DNA of 64,000 bases from Octopus vulgaris (GCA_951406725.2 OX597818.1:116436001-116500000), one strand, 5' to 3'; positions 27,884 to 42,228 are shown, counted from the stretch's first letter. The notes: generated by a model not told the origin, from the letters alone. Made by a program: numbers and translations.

Positions 27884-30800
27884 TGAGAGAGAGAGAGTGA
27901 GAAAGAGAGAGAGGGAATGAAAGGATATCGAACCCGTTTTCAAATATAGATATTCTCGACTGAGCTCTCCCTCCCATAACAATGAATGTTTTTCAGCCAG
28001 CAGTTTTAAAGATTGCAAGTTCTCTATACCGAAACCTAACACCCGCCAAGGCAAGCGTCACCGTAAGGTCATTTGATATATAACTAAGCCGAAGCTCGTT
28101 GAATAACCTTCGCCACACCTCAACGGAATCTGGATGACTGTTTCTGATGCGTTCTTCCATACAGATGTGTCTATTCAGGTGACTTTTCAAAAGGTCCGTC
28201 GCTGAATACAAAGAAACTGACTGTATCCGTTCCATGTCATTCGAAACCACGAAAACCTTTATGCAACCAACTATAGGCAAATAACGAAATACATTCTAAC
28301 CGTACCAGGCGAAACCGAGTTTATTGATCAAGGGACCGTTTGAAAACTCACCTGACTAGACACAACACCACCGAAGGATCAAGCACAACTAGTCACTCAG
28401 AATCTCACTCGCGGGAGACCGAGGCATGATGAGTCGAAACGATAGTTGTCATTAAGAAAGAATCTCGCAAATTTCTTCTTTTTTTTTCTCTATTTTGTTA
28501 TAAACTCCACGGATACGTAGGAATTCCTGAAGTAAATCCAGTAACAATTTTAGGCACATCGTCAATGACATGAGGTACCCGCAGACAGTAAACGTGCTTT
28601 AATCAGCATACGACTAGGAGTATACCCAACTCTAAAATAATTACTTACATCTACTTATGTATGTGTATATACACATACATAAATATATATCAACAATCAT
28701 GTCTGTACACACACACACACACACACACACGCACGCACAAGCGCGCGCACACATTCACCTACATATATATATATATATTATGAAGTCGTTGTTTATGGTC
28801 GATCAGAGAATTACTATTGATTTCACTTTTATTATTGCACTTCGCAATACAAGCAGCTTATCCGGCCTGCTGCCCAAATGCACATAAGCTCTTTATTAAC
28901 TCAGATAGTTTTGATCAGTTTGGTGGTCAAAACAAAAACCCGAAATGAAAAGCATTTCCGAAAACGAAGCACCAGTTTAGGGAGTATGGACAGTCTATGA
29001 AGGTTTTCTGTTCAACAGTCCGAAATTGGGAAAGGCTACGTTTCTAAAATAAATTTTCTATCATGAGCACACCGATTAAAAGTTTCACTTTTTGAATTTA
29101 AGAAAGCATCCAGATCGTGCGAATTTTTACATATTTCTAAATATTTACTTATATTACAATAAAAGAAGTTCAAGCTCTCGGTATTAAATGTAGAATGCAT
29201 TCCAATCATTAAGAATTGAGTTGCGCAGATATTTTTATCAATTAAAATTGCACACAAGCTAGAAACAAAAAAAAAGCGAACCATCAACTATAAAGTCCAA
29301 CTTCCATGCCACTTAAATTAATACCCGTAGAGAGCGGATAGATACCTCACATTGTTTACTCAACTAACTACACTCTTTTCCCAATATAAAGCTAATATAA
29401 CTTCAGAGCTCTGCTACAGTTTTGGTATAAAATATGATGCTATAAATTGTCCGGCAGTGTCGTACTTTCCCGTTGCTTCCTTAACTCTCAAACATTGGGC
29501 GGTAGCTTCATAGATTCCACCGAATGTCGATATGTAACAAAAAAAGCTGAAGCGGGTTATGCTTTGTGGTCAGAATCATTTCAATTAAGAGAACACAAAT
29601 TCTGGAAACTCAAGTGAATCTATTTACTTTCTTCCATTGAAAATGCAGTGTATTTGTCATTTTTTTTCCAATGTATATATCAGTCCAAATACCCAACGTG
29701 GATATTATAGAATCAATACAATATAAATCTCAAAGACAATTGCTCTTAGTTTCCAAATTGGTGTTCATGTATGCTGAAGACTCACCGAGCAAAAAGGGTT
29801 CTTATTGTGTAAACAGTACGCATAATGCATTTCACGTTTCGAAAAAGTACGTGATACTACAGGACTGAAATGAATATAGAAACATATACAAAAGAAAACG
29901 ATCCACTTAAATGAACAAGATAACAATATCGTTTGTGTTGACTGCATTAGTGGATTTCTAAATTTCTAAAATTGCATATATTTGAGAAAAGAATAAAAGA
30001 AAAGTCTGATGCAACAATATTCCGCATAGATAATATAAACGCTAAACAATGCAAAAGGCAATTGAAATTTTCATTTGTGTATTTGATCACTTATATTATT
30101 TTCTTTCTTAGTATTGAACTGTTCATATATTATGTTTGCTCGACAGCTTAATTCTAGTATTTTTAGAATCAAATTATTAAATCAAATTGAATTTCTTTGA
30201 ATGTATTATATATATGGATGTAACGTTAATTTTTTTTTCAACATAACTTTTTAACTTAATCGTGTCATCAAATGATAATTGCTTGTAAACACAGAATTCC
30301 ATACAATGCCGTTTAGGCTACTGGTTTCTAGTTTTTAACTAGATTTAACTAATTTTGCTGCATATGAAACTGAGATAAAAATTGAATTTAGTATCATACG
30401 ATTATCAGAAAATAAATTGAATGACGTACAAACGAAACAGGAAATTCAAGTTTTAATTATTTATAACACAGTGTTTAATGAAGCAGCTTGAAAAATGAAA
30501 GTTATTTCTCTGTTTTTAGTTGAGTCGTTTCAAATTAGAATTTTGTCAGATTGGTCAATTGAAAAGATTTTGAAAGTGCCCTTGGGTATCTTGCAGTTTT
30601 CTGCTATAGATAAAACAAAAGTAAGAGACTCAATATGGATTAATTTCTGCGTGTGAGTGTCACTATAGTCGTGCGTATATGCGTGGTTGTTTCTATTTCA
30701 CACACTCTGATTCATATATAGCCACGGGCATTGTGTTATGTAGTTTATCAATTTGTATGCTTCTTTTTATTGTGCTTCAGTTTTAAAACTACTCCAGCTA

Positions 30801-31059
30801 GCTACGCGATAACAACTATGAATGTTTTGAATCGGCATCACTTAGCAGTAGTCTATTACTCTCTAAATATGGAATATAAATTCGTATTTTATTGCATAAG
30901 TCTGCTTGCAATATGAAATAATATTGCGTACTACAAGGTCTTTGGATGAAGTATATATAGCAGAATTCCAAAAATCTAATATATATATAAATACTATATA
31001 TATATATATATATACATATACATACATGCATATATATATATACATGATAGATCGGTAGC

Positions 31060-31160
31060 CACTACACACGTTTTTTTTCTCTCCTTGTTTCTTCCTGTGT
31101 TCCTTTCTGTAGAAGAGCGTAGGCTCGAAACATAAAAGACTTTTTCAATTCTTTCTTCTC
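31060..31160 (+). mobile_element. Family H1 repeat, 3'-truncated, HHR-like motif at 31103-31138
   Basis: CTTT-CTGTAGA-A-GAGC-gtag-GCTC-GAAAC-ATA-AAAG. Confidence 0.75.
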
Positions 31161-31585
31161 TCAAACAGTAGAACGGTTGTGTCGTCCTAATTATTCCTTT
31201 TGGCACTTATTCTTTATACCATGGTTCTTATTTGGTTAGGGACGACCGTGTTGCATTTAAAAGGAGACATTTCCGTGACCAACTCCTTTCGTACGGTCGT
31301 TCCTCTACAGTGTCAAGCGTATAGTATGAACTTAGTTTTAGACACGGGGTATAATTTCCATTCTTCATCGTAGATTTCTGTAGAGTTGTTCAGGATCAGT
31401 TTATAAGACAATCATATATCATGTTCCGTGAATTCAAGCATTTATTTGGATTTCATTAGCTTCGCACTTAGTTAAATTCAATATTGCTCTACGTAAGTGA
31501 GTTGTATAATTAATATTTCATTCGGATAATGCGATATAGTTTGTAAACAAATCCTTTAACTACGAAAGTGATGCTGTGAATGATG

Positions 31586-31693
<108 letters not shown>

Positions 31694-32467
31694 CTTTGTG
31701 TGTGTGTATGAGTGTGTGGTGTGTGATTATGCAGAAATGCATATCTATATTTGCGTCTTTGGGTGTTTACATACAGATATGCAAAATGTGTGTTTAATCT
31801 GACTGAAGTGTATTTTCCAAGTGGGTGTATGTGTACAAATGTGCTAGCGTATATCTGAGTATGCAAGTATGCAGTAATGTAAACGAGAATATGCATAGTT
31901 AGGTGTATACATATGCAATACGAATGCGAGAATTACTATATATTGGTCTTCATGCAAGTGTGTATCACAAGCGAATACATTTACCCATAAATGTGCATGA
32001 GCTTGTATAAGAATGCAAATGACTATTAGCTATGTGTGCACAATGAAACTCACACACATTGTTCACAATTATACGCTTACAATAGAACTGCGTAGTTTCT
32101 TCGCTACGTATGGGAGTATATGGGTATGCGTGAGAGCACGCAAGAACATTCTGTAATTAAAGCGTTTCTGCTTGTGTACGCCTGTGCGCTATCCTCCGCA
32201 GTTACGCTATCGGCTCACAAGTATGTTTCTAATTATCTCCCTTTATTTTATATTTTTAATTTTGCGTAAGGGGTCTCTATTTGTGGCGTGTCATGTCATG
32301 GCATGTCAAAATCCTATGAACTCGATATCTTGTACTGACAGATCTTGATAAATAGAGTTGTACATTTTGTACATCGCAATTTTCAACTGAAAAAACTTAT
32401 TTTTACAGCGTTTAATGACGTTAAGCTAATTACAAAACAGTAATTAATGCATAATCATTCATTCCAA

Positions 32468-32605
32468 CTCTCTCCTCCTCCTCTCTCTCCTTTCCCCCTC
32501 TCTCGTTTCCCTCTCTCTCCTTTCCCTCTCTCTCCTTTCCCCCTCTCTCCTTTTCCTCTCTCTCCTCCCCTCTCTCATTTCTCTCTCTCTCTCTCCCCTT
32601 TCTCC
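32468..32605. repeat. Polypyrimidine minisatellite, ~15-bp unit CTCTCTCCTTTCCC(C/T)
   Basis: About 6 imperfect units (translated as PLSPF repeats in the ORF track). Confidence 0.8.
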
Positions 32606-32691
32606 AACGCTAATTCTTCTTTGAGTGACTGTACACACAACTAGGAAAAAAATGGATATTCTAAGTTTAAATGTTCTCTCTTTCTCTCTGA

Positions 32692-32763
<72 letters not shown>

Positions 32764-33344
32764 TTATCTTTCTCTCCTATAATGATACTAATTATATCTA
32801 ATATCTGTTTAATTTGACATTCACATCAATCCTTTTATTCGAATGACAAAAATGCACTTAGCTTGGAAACCTATCATCCAGAAATCACCGATATTGTGTT
32901 CCTGTTCTACGAAATAGCAATTATTGCATACCGAATGCAAATATTTACGTCCATAAGGCTACGGCGTTAGTTTACAATATTTCATTGCCACAATCGTTTC
33001 ACTAATGAAGTCTTTGTTCAGTATGCATAGAACTAAAGACTTCCGTGACTGTCAAACTACCCTATTACCTTATACACCTTACTTTCACTTGACTCCTAAA
33101 CGAATGATCTCGTTGTCTCAGGTTTTACTGCTTCTTGTCTATTCCACAATGCTTCTCTATTCGTATCCTTTTTTGCCCAAGGGAAATGTCTTGTAACTAC
33201 GAGATATGCATTTACTACAAGTAACAATATTTGTTATCTTTGAATGTAAACTTGCTGCGTGTCGTAAACAACAGATAGTTTTTGTTTTATTCGTGTTGTT
33301 TTGTTGTACAACTTTCCCTTTGAATTGGGCACCTTTGACTACTA

Positions 33345-33346
<2 letters not shown>

Positions 33347-33425
<79 letters not shown>

Positions 33426-33470
33426 AACACACACACACATACCCATATATATATATATATATATATATAT
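33347..33470. repeat. (CA)n(TA)n microsatellite
   Basis: Direct reading. Confidence 0.95.
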
Positions 33471-33471
33471 A

Positions 33472-33720
33472 AGGCTTAGTGGTTAAGATGTTGCACTTAC
33501 GATTGCGAGATCGTGAGTTCGATTTCCAGACCGGGCGTCGCGTTGTCTTCTTGAGCAAAGCACTCCATTTCACGTTGCTCTGCGATCATTTTGACATCTG
33601 ACATATGACACCCGTTGCACCTGCACATGTAATGTCGATGTTATGGAAGGAGTGAGCTTATGTCTACACAAACATTTGATCACTATAAACAAGTCATGTG
33701 TGTGGTTGTTCAGTAAGAAA
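33472..33720 (+). mobile_element. tRNA-derived CORE-like SINE, diverged
   Basis: GGCTTAGTGGTTAAG A box, GAGTTCGATTT B box, TTCTTGAGCAAAGCACT CORE-like motif. Confidence 0.7.
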
Positions 33721-34258
33721 GTGTTGAATCCTCATACTTCATTTTGGGAGTTCTTTAGCATTATTTCCTTATTTCCTTTATTAAAATTTATTAGTTTCTA
33801 TCTAAAGCCTCTTTTCAGCGTTAGCTTGCATCGACTGCAGACAATATCTCCTTTCAACTCCTCTTGACTAATTTGATAATATGGTCATGGCCAACTAAGG
33901 CGGGAAAATTATATTCAGCTTCCAGTAACCAAGTCCCTGTTTGTGTGACTTATCTCAGTCGACTGTACACATCACAAATTTGTGGCCAACAACTTCAAAT
34001 AGTAAACACCCTACGATAACCTCATGTATTTGCCTATAGAATACTTTCTCTAGATAAGATCTAGATGAACCGATGATGCTTGCTCATGTCTTTATTGGGG
34101 GATCTTGGAAACCTTGACGAATCGAGTCCGTCAGTAAGGAAAGACTTGAAAGGTTTGCGAAGATTTTGACACCACATTCGTATTAGCTAGCCCTCAACAA
34201 TCCAGATGTGCGTCCAAAATGTCCCCAAGATCAGCCCTTTTATGACACCCTAGTATAT

Positions 34259-34378
34259 GCGGCAAGCTAGTTGAAGCGTTAGAACGCTGTGTAAAATGCT
34301 TAGTGGTATTTCGTCCGGCTCTGCGTTCTGAGTTCAAATCCCGTCGTAGTCGACTTTGCCTTACATTCCTTCGCGGTC
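34259..34378 (+). mobile_element. SINE family A 5' part
   Basis: GCGGCAAGCTAG.TGAAGCGTTAGAACGC subfamily head, shared with 36039. Confidence 0.8.
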
Positions 34379-34734
34379 TCTAATTTTGTGGCACCTTTAA
34401 TCTGCTTCTCCCCAAAGACCCCAACCGCTGTTTTAATGTCTTCCTTTTGTGCGGTTAAACACAGACGTCTTTTGCCAGAATGATTGGGGTGGAATGGATT
34501 TTGTGGAGGATGTTGTGTTTTTGCGAGTTTTTTCTACTGGAGCTGCACCTGTCTGTATTTTAGTGTTGTTCTTGTTGCTATTGCGGTTACTGCTACCTCT
34601 GCTTCCTCTGCAGCAGTTGCTGTCGCTGCTGATGTTGTTACAATTGCTGGTATTTTTATGGTTGTTCTCAGGCAAATTCTCTCTCATGTGACGTAGTGTT
34701 ACAGCAACTCCTCCTCATTGTTCTCTCCCCTCAC

Positions 34735-35083
34735 CTCCTCCTCCTCCTCCTCCTCCTCCTACTACTACTATTACTACTGCCGCTGAATGTACCACCACTA
34801 CTACCACCACTACTACCACCACCACCACCACCACCACCACCACCATCACAACCACCACCACCACCACTACCACGGCTACCGTATGCTGCTGCTGCTGCTA
34901 CTACTACCACTACCGCTAATTCCACCACCACCACCACCACCATCACCACCGCCGTCGCTGATACTACTACTGCAACTACTACCGCTGCTATTATTACCGC
35001 TGATTCTACCACCACCACCACCACAACCTTCACCGCCTCCGATACTTCTACTACTACTACTACTACTACTACTACTATTACTA
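34735..35083. repeat. Mosaic trinucleotide repeat (CTC/CTA/CCA/GCT/ACT)n
   Basis: Direct reading. Confidence 0.9.
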
Positions 35084-35499
35084 CTCATTTAAATTACTTT
35101 GAACTAATAATTGCACCAGCAATTTCTTATGTTGGCAAACGATCAGAAAATTTTAGATTGGTTACAATCTATTAAAAAAAACGATATTTTATTTATGTAA
35201 ATTTCATACAGCGTAACTCACTGATGTTTCAACGATATAAAATATATTGCCAGGGTTAAGCAAGTTAACATTTTCTTTGATACCTCGTCTTAATTCATTT
35301 AAGTGATGAGGGACAACGATAAAGATATGCTAAACTATGTTTCCCTCGTTCTGCTTCATTGAACATAGAGAACATAGAGAAGTTTTTGGAAACATATTAG
35401 GACAAGAAAATGTCAATAAAACAAAATTCAGTAAGATATATACGATTCTCGTTGAGATATAACATGTATATGTAGATATATATGTTACACATATATATC

Positions 35500-35703
35500 T
35501 TTTCTACTCTAGGCACAAGGCCAGAAATTTTCGGGGAGGGATGCAGTTGATTAGATCGACCCCAGTATGCAACTGGTACTTAATTGATCGACTCCGAAAG
35601 GTAAAGTCGACCTCGGCATAGTTTCAACTCAGAACAAAAAGACAGACGAAATACCACTAAGTATTTCGCCCGACGTGCTAACGTGTCTGCCAGCTCGCCG
35701 CCT
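35500..35703 (-). mobile_element. SINE family A, near full length
   Basis: Ends TCTGCCAGCTCGCCGCC, the reverse complement of the family head. Confidence 0.88.
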
Positions 35704-35788
35704 TGTGTTACACAGATATATATTATACCCATATAGGATATATGAATATGTGTAGACACTAACACACTCTCATACATACGTACCTACA

Positions 35789-35998
35789 CTAGGGGGTGGT
35801 GTTGAAAGGTTCCTGGCTTTGAGGAAAAGAAAATACAGGAGGATCATTTAATTATGAATTTATTCACCATATTCAGCTCACGGATACACACACTTATTGT
35901 AGCGGTCCTTCAGTCCTTTAAAGGAATTTGGTATATTGGACTTCTAATCAGGCCTTTGGCAATACTCTTAAAGCCAGAAACTTTTCAGTACACCCTAG
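35789..35998. mobile_element. Mariner-derived MITE
   Basis: Imperfect TIRs CTAGGGGGTGGTGTTGAAAGGTTCCTGGCTTT / AAAGCCAGAAACTTTTCAGTACACCCTAG followed by TA. Confidence 0.75.
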
Positions 35999-36038
35999 TA
36001 TATGCTAATGAGTATATTATAATTCCATGTAAGTAACG

Positions 36039-36250
36039 CGGCAAGCTAGCTGAAGCGTTAGAACGCAGTGCAAAATGCTTAGTGGCATTTCGTCCGTCTC
36101 TACGTTCTAAGTTCAAATTCCGTCGAAGTTAACTTTGTCTTACATCCGTTCGTGGTCAATAAAATAAGCACCAGTGAAGCCGTGGGGTCGATGGAATCGA
36201 CTAGCCCCCTCCTTCGAAACTGCTCGCTTTGCTCCAAATTTTGAAATCAA
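36039..36250 (+). mobile_element. SINE family A
   Basis: Head, core and CCAAATTTTGAAATCA tail. Confidence 0.8.
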
Positions 36251-36329
36251 TATTTCACACGTACGTGTGTAATATATCACTCCCATACACGCACATGCTA
36301 TTACCTCTAGATATTCTTGTTGCTTATTT

Positions 36330-36370
<41 letters not shown>

Positions 36371-36536
36371 TGTATACATACATATATAAATATGTGTGTG
36401 TGTATGTATGTATGTATGTATGTATGTATGTATGTATGTATGTATGTATGCATGTATGTATGTATATATATATATATATATTTGTAGACACACACATAGA
36501 TATATACGCACACACACAAACACATACACACTCATA

Positions 36537-36578
<42 letters not shown>

Positions 36579-37490
36579 TGTGTATGTGTTTGTATATACG
36601 CACATACACAAACACAAACAAACACATACACACTCATATATATATATGAGTGTGTATGTGTTTGTTTGTGTTTGTGTGTGTGCGTATATATCTATGTGTG
36701 TGTATACATATATATTATGTCTATTCTGCAGAAATTGGTGTAGGACTGCTACTATTAAATTTAGAATCGTAGGTAGATTATTCTTATCTGGCCATCTTCA
36801 GCTGCAGTGGTTTAGGCATTGTTATACTTAGCAGTGTTACTATTTATGCTAGATAGTGCAGATGTAGGAGAAATAATGGCTGTAACTCTTTGTAACACAA
36901 TGCAATAAAGTGTTTCCCGATGATCAGTTGCCGTTCGGATCCCATTGCACTCCTTGTAACATTCAACTCAGAGTTTCAACCAACCAGAATGATGAAGTCT
37001 ACGAAGGAACAAATGATAATTCATTGTCTCGCTGTAGACAGATAAGTATAAACACACGAGATAGTAGTTTTCTCTATCCAATCTAATTGGAAGCATGTAT
37101 TTCGTGGTGGTTATTTGCTCTTCAGCATCACAAACCAGAAATCAAATACCGGAAAACTGACATGAGACACAAATCTCTCTAATCGTATTAATTGTATTAT
37201 AACCGGTTGCACTAAATAACGGCACACCGCAAATAAAACAAAGAGTGAAAACATTAGGCATTGTTACTACTTCATATACTTTGTGGCAACTGAACGAGTA
37301 AATCGACCATTTCTTCAACCCAGTTTGGTGGATATTTGGGATTTATTAGCTTTAATATGAAAGTGATCAATAGACGTCAAAATCTGCAGAGTGGGTTGCT
37401 ACGTTTAACTTATCATACCTCACGATCTGCTTTCGTATCAGGTCATCACTTCCTATGATTTTTATTTGTCCAGTTGGTTACGATATGTAT

Positions 37491-37663
37491 TCTTCTTGTT
37501 CTTCTTCTTGTCCTTGTTCTTGTTCTTCTCCTTCTTGTTCTTCTTGCTCTTGTTCTTGTTCTTCTTGTTCTTCTTGTTCTTCTTGTTCTTCTTGTTCTTG
37601 TTCTTGTTCTTCTTGTTCTTCTTCTTCTTCTTCTTCTTCTTATTATTATTATTATCATTATTA

Positions 37664-37730
<67 letters not shown>

Positions 37731-37743
37731 CATTATTATTATT
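37491..37743. repeat. (TTC/TTG)n followed by (TTA)n
   Basis: Direct reading. Confidence 0.95.
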
Positions 37744-37777
37744 AATCCTTTTTGCCCCTTGTGGAGCATAGTATCTG

Positions 37778-37983
37778 TTCCCCACCTGGACGGAACGCCG
37801 GTCCGTCGCAGGTGAGCTGCACGACGCAGGAGGAAAGAGTGAGAGAAAGTTGTGGCGAAAGAGTCAGCAGAAGTTCGCCATCACCTTCTGCCGGAGCCGC
37901 GTGGAGATTAGGTGTTTCGCTCATAAACACACACATCGCCCGGTCTGAGATTCGAACCCGCGATCCTTCGACCGCGAATCCGC
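37778..37983 (-). mobile_element. SINE family C, partial
   Basis: Aligns to about 15575-15780. Confidence 0.88.
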
Positions 37984-39048
37984 GAGCCTCCACTGGTTAC
38001 AATATGTGGAAGAGACATATTGATGTTTGATGCAAGCGGCTATTCTCTTCACATAAATTCTTAGTCACGTGCCCCTGCAAAAACTCAGCGCTATCAGAAA
38101 GAATTCCTGCTGTCACTGTCGCTACGAATGCTTCATTTCATTTTGTCTTCTCCCTTCGCATTGTGTGATCCAATGAAATCGATATATTGTCTACACGCCT
38201 TCCATGAAGGGAGTATCTTTATCGCTTTATTGTTGTTAGCTTTTCAACTGAAGTACTGTTTTACAGCTTCTCCTGGCAAAGAAATATTTGCTTTCTGAAG
38301 CATACCTAAGAATTGTTAATGTAATAACAAAGACACGAGCCTAATATCATATATCTTTCTTATTTAACGTTGGAGTCATTATTTCTAATTTTACGACAGA
38401 AAAAGATCCATATTTCTGTATAATTGCAGAGATAGTTCGTGTGGAGTCGTTGTTAGCGAGAGGAGCGTAAGTAATTACCAATTAGTCGTATTTACCAAGT
38501 AACTAGCGGGATCGATACTGATATGAACTTGTCGAAAATTGCACTATACTGTGCTCATGTGTTCTAAATTCACAGCGAGACTAATTTCATGTGTGAGTGA
38601 CTGATTTTGTATCCATTTGATAAATAGCCAATGCTGTCATTTGGTAGAATCATGAACTGCATTCGCCATACGAAAGAGCTAGTTGAAGAAAATACAGCCA
38701 AACTCTCTTCAAACTACAAACAAATCTTAAATGACAACAAAGATTTACACACAAATCATTTTAGTACCGATAGAATGGGTATTACGATAAAAAGCTTCGT
38801 TGCTAGGTCCGGTCAATGTGGGCAAGCTGGAAGCTAAGGTCCACAGCATTGATATTATTCTAAGCCACGATAAGGTAAAAAGTGAAAGAAATATTGTGGT
38901 TATCTAATTAATGACTACAACAAATAGCAATTACAACCTTGATAAAATGTAAAAAAATTGAAAACTTTACAAAATAACATGGAAAACGGACACGTTAAAC
39001 GATGATGTTGTAACAAAATATTTGAACCCAATATTAAGATTTGGTATA

Positions 39049-39388
39049 CTCTTTTACTTGTTTCAGTCATTTGACTGTGGCCATGCTGGAGAACCGCCTT
39101 TAGTCGAGCAAATCGATCCCAGGACTTATTCTTTGTAAGCTTAATACTTATTCTATCGGCCTCTTTTTGCCGAACAGCTAAACGCACCAGCATCAGTTGT
39201 CTAGCGATATGGGGGGGGGGGGCAAAAACTGACACACAAACATATACACACACATACATATATGTATACTTTGGTTGGCTCGAGGCAATAGTAGAAGACA
39301 CTCGCCCAAGGTGCCACGCAGTGGGACTGAACTCGGAGCCATGTGTTCGTAAGCAAGCTACATACCAAACAGCCACTCCTACGCCTAT
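39049..39388 (-). mobile_element. SINE family B
   Basis: Aligns to 13273-13683 with internal deletions. Confidence 0.88.
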
Positions 39389-40904
39389 GAAATTTTGAGA
39401 ATTTCATGATTTTGAAAGTACAGTCGAATATAATTCGTCGACAGTATATATTGTAATTCGTCGTCACTTCATTAACAGTTATGCATTTACAACTTCGGTT
39501 CATATCTCAGTTTCTCTTGAATACTGTATCTACGACTGGCATTCGTGTTTTATCATCCTATGCTACACATTGAATTGTTTCTGTTTCACCCTACTCAAAT
39601 TTTTCGTATTTTTCACTAAAAATAGTTTTTGCTTTAATGATCTGATGTAAAGCAGTTAAATTTTAAGGAATATATTTTCAATAACCAGATTCTGAAATCT
39701 AATCCTAGTGTCCATTCTGGTATCAATAATCTAAAGGTGGGTAAATCGGCAAAGCCAATCTGCAGATTTCTTTACAGAGGCAATTCGGCCCACGCACTAG
39801 AGCGTCAGATATGCGCACTCCCAGTCAAGCAAAATAATGCGCTGAGTTGGAAGAGTTAATGTTTTATTTGAAATATTGTTAGATAGTTTCCTGGGTTACT
39901 CATTAAATTGCGAAAATATGGCGGTATTTCTTTTCGACCAGGCAATATTCTTTACCTGTATGACGGCAGTTATTGAATTTAGCTATTTCAGATTGCTAAA
40001 AACAATGTTTGGTTCATTTACAAAATTGGCAAAAAAGTTGATAGGCACACATGAACGACGCTGTTGATTTTCTTCTCAAAATGTAATCTTGTCGAATCTT
40101 TTACTTTGAACTCTAACTTGTCTTCTTCTAATTTCAATAGTATTTGTATTCTGTTTATACGCTTCCTTCACCGCCTTCACTAAATTACAGTCTTTGAGTT
40201 ATTCGACTTCTTTCTCGATTCTTTTGTTCCTTTTTGTGATTTCTTTCATCTTGTTTCAATTATTCTTATTTTTCTTTTGCCTCGAGCATTACATCTGTAT
40301 ACTCTTCTGTTTCATTTAGTATTATAACAACTTTCCTCAGCTCACAGCGGGTATTGATTTTATTCAATAATATTCATCTTCTTTCTGCAGTTCGAAGTCA
40401 TGCAGAGGGTTTTAACCGGGGAGTTATTCGTCGTTTTCGCTTTTAAACTTTTAACAAAAATTCATGTTGTGCATTTAGGAGAAGTAATTTACTGGGATCC
40501 GTGTTTGGGTTACTTATCATCAAGACATTACGAGTCAATCTCTAAAGTCTTTCATCAGAATCTTACTTGTGCGTTAAAAATTAACACTTCTGACACAGGA
40601 TTTAATTGAAGACATCCGACTATGCATACTTCTGTTAAATGTATGTATGTATGTATGTATGTATGTATGTATGTATGTATGTGTGTATGTATGTATGTGT
40701 GATTATATACAAATATTCTATAATTATAAACATAATTATAATCAGGGGTCAGCTAATTGCTTCGCCACGCACCGAATTTAGAAATAGGAGTTAAATACCT
40801 TTCAACCACTATATTGATCTCCCAGACATTAACACACTTTTTTTACATAGGCAAAAAGAAATTGATTAATTAATTTTACCCTATCATTATTACTGAAATA
40901 TATG

Positions 40905-41690
40905 TATATATTTCTCCCCACTTATGAAGAGAGGAAACTGACAAGAGCTTGGGTGTGTGGGCTGCCACCCGGTATAGAGCCCGAATGGATAGAAGACACT
41001 ATCCGTCGGGGTCTGGGTGGCAGCACTGCCAGTATCTTGAATGTCGGAATTCTCCCTGTGGCTGATTGGATGGGGGGTCAAAAGGAATTTTGACCCTATG
41101 GACCCAATCAGCCAATGATCTGGTTCTGCCAGGTTTTTTAACAATGGCCGGTTCCAGCTACCCAGTAGATCCTTGAGAGATGCCCCCCCCCCCAAATGTT
41201 ACCTGTGCCTGGAATTGGGCCATATAAAGAGAAACTATATCCGGGACCAAGCAAAGGTCCTGGAGCAGTTAATAGAAGAGCCCTCTGTTTCCCAATTGGA
41301 GGGTGAGAGGTAGAGAGTCGAGGGGTGGCAACCCCCTCGAAAAAGAAAGGAAAAAAAGAAAGAAGGTGGGTGACAGTGGTTGCCAACCTATGGATCCTGA
41401 GGCGGCGGGAGGGAAGGAAGGACTTCCTGACATGAAGGAGGAACTCCACCCTCCCGTCGTAATGGAGAAGAGAAAGAGGAGAAAGAAAAAGAATGGGACA
41501 TCACCGGCGGTTGATGGTGAACTGTCGGCATGCCCGGAAACTTTGTCGGTGGGAAGTGTACCACCGACAGAGGAAATTGAGGCCCCTCCCAGAAGGAAGA
41601 AATATGATTTTGTCATCTTCTTCCAGAAGAGTGGAGCAATGCAGATTTCTTCAAGGAATACCAGATAATACTCACTCAACGAGAACTCAC
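40905..41690 (+). pseudogene. Retrotransposon ORF1/gag-like fragment with zinc knuckle
   Basis: GC-rich island; RAWVCGLPPGI segment, then CYLCLELGHIKRNY (CX2CX4HX4C with last C changed to Y) at 41197-41238, then a basic low-complexity tail; frameshifts and stops. Confidence 0.7.
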
Positions 41691-41699
41691 TACTTGAAT

Positions 41700-41808
41700 G
41701 GACCCGAGGTTATAGTAGAAGACACTTGCCCAAGGTGCCAAGCAGTGGGACTTAACCCGGAACCATGTGGTTCGTAAGCAAGCTACTTACCACACAGCCA
41801 CTCCTATG
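41700..41808 (-). mobile_element. SINE family B 5' part
   Basis: TATAGTAGAAGACACTTGCCCAAGGTGCCA..CACACAGCCACTCCT. Confidence 0.85.
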
Positions 41809-42057
41809 CTTATATATATATATATTAAAACTGGAATTGAAATAATAAATTTATGAAAATATTAAAGACTCACCTGTACATCGACTGAAGTAATTTGATA
41901 TATAATTTACACAAAGCAGAATTAATTATTGAATTGATGGTGTATCTTAATTCATCTGGCGGGAAGATAGGGAAGCAGTAAGGGCCAAATTGATATCAGG
42001 TAAACTGAACGTAAAGTTAATAACTTTGTCTCTGAATTAGACACTTAACTCACATTA

Positions 42058-42134
<77 letters not shown>

Positions 42135-42187
42135 GTCTGTCTGCCTGTCTGTCTATCTGTCTGTCTGTCTGTCTGTATGTCTGTCTG

Positions 42188-42228
<41 letters not shown>

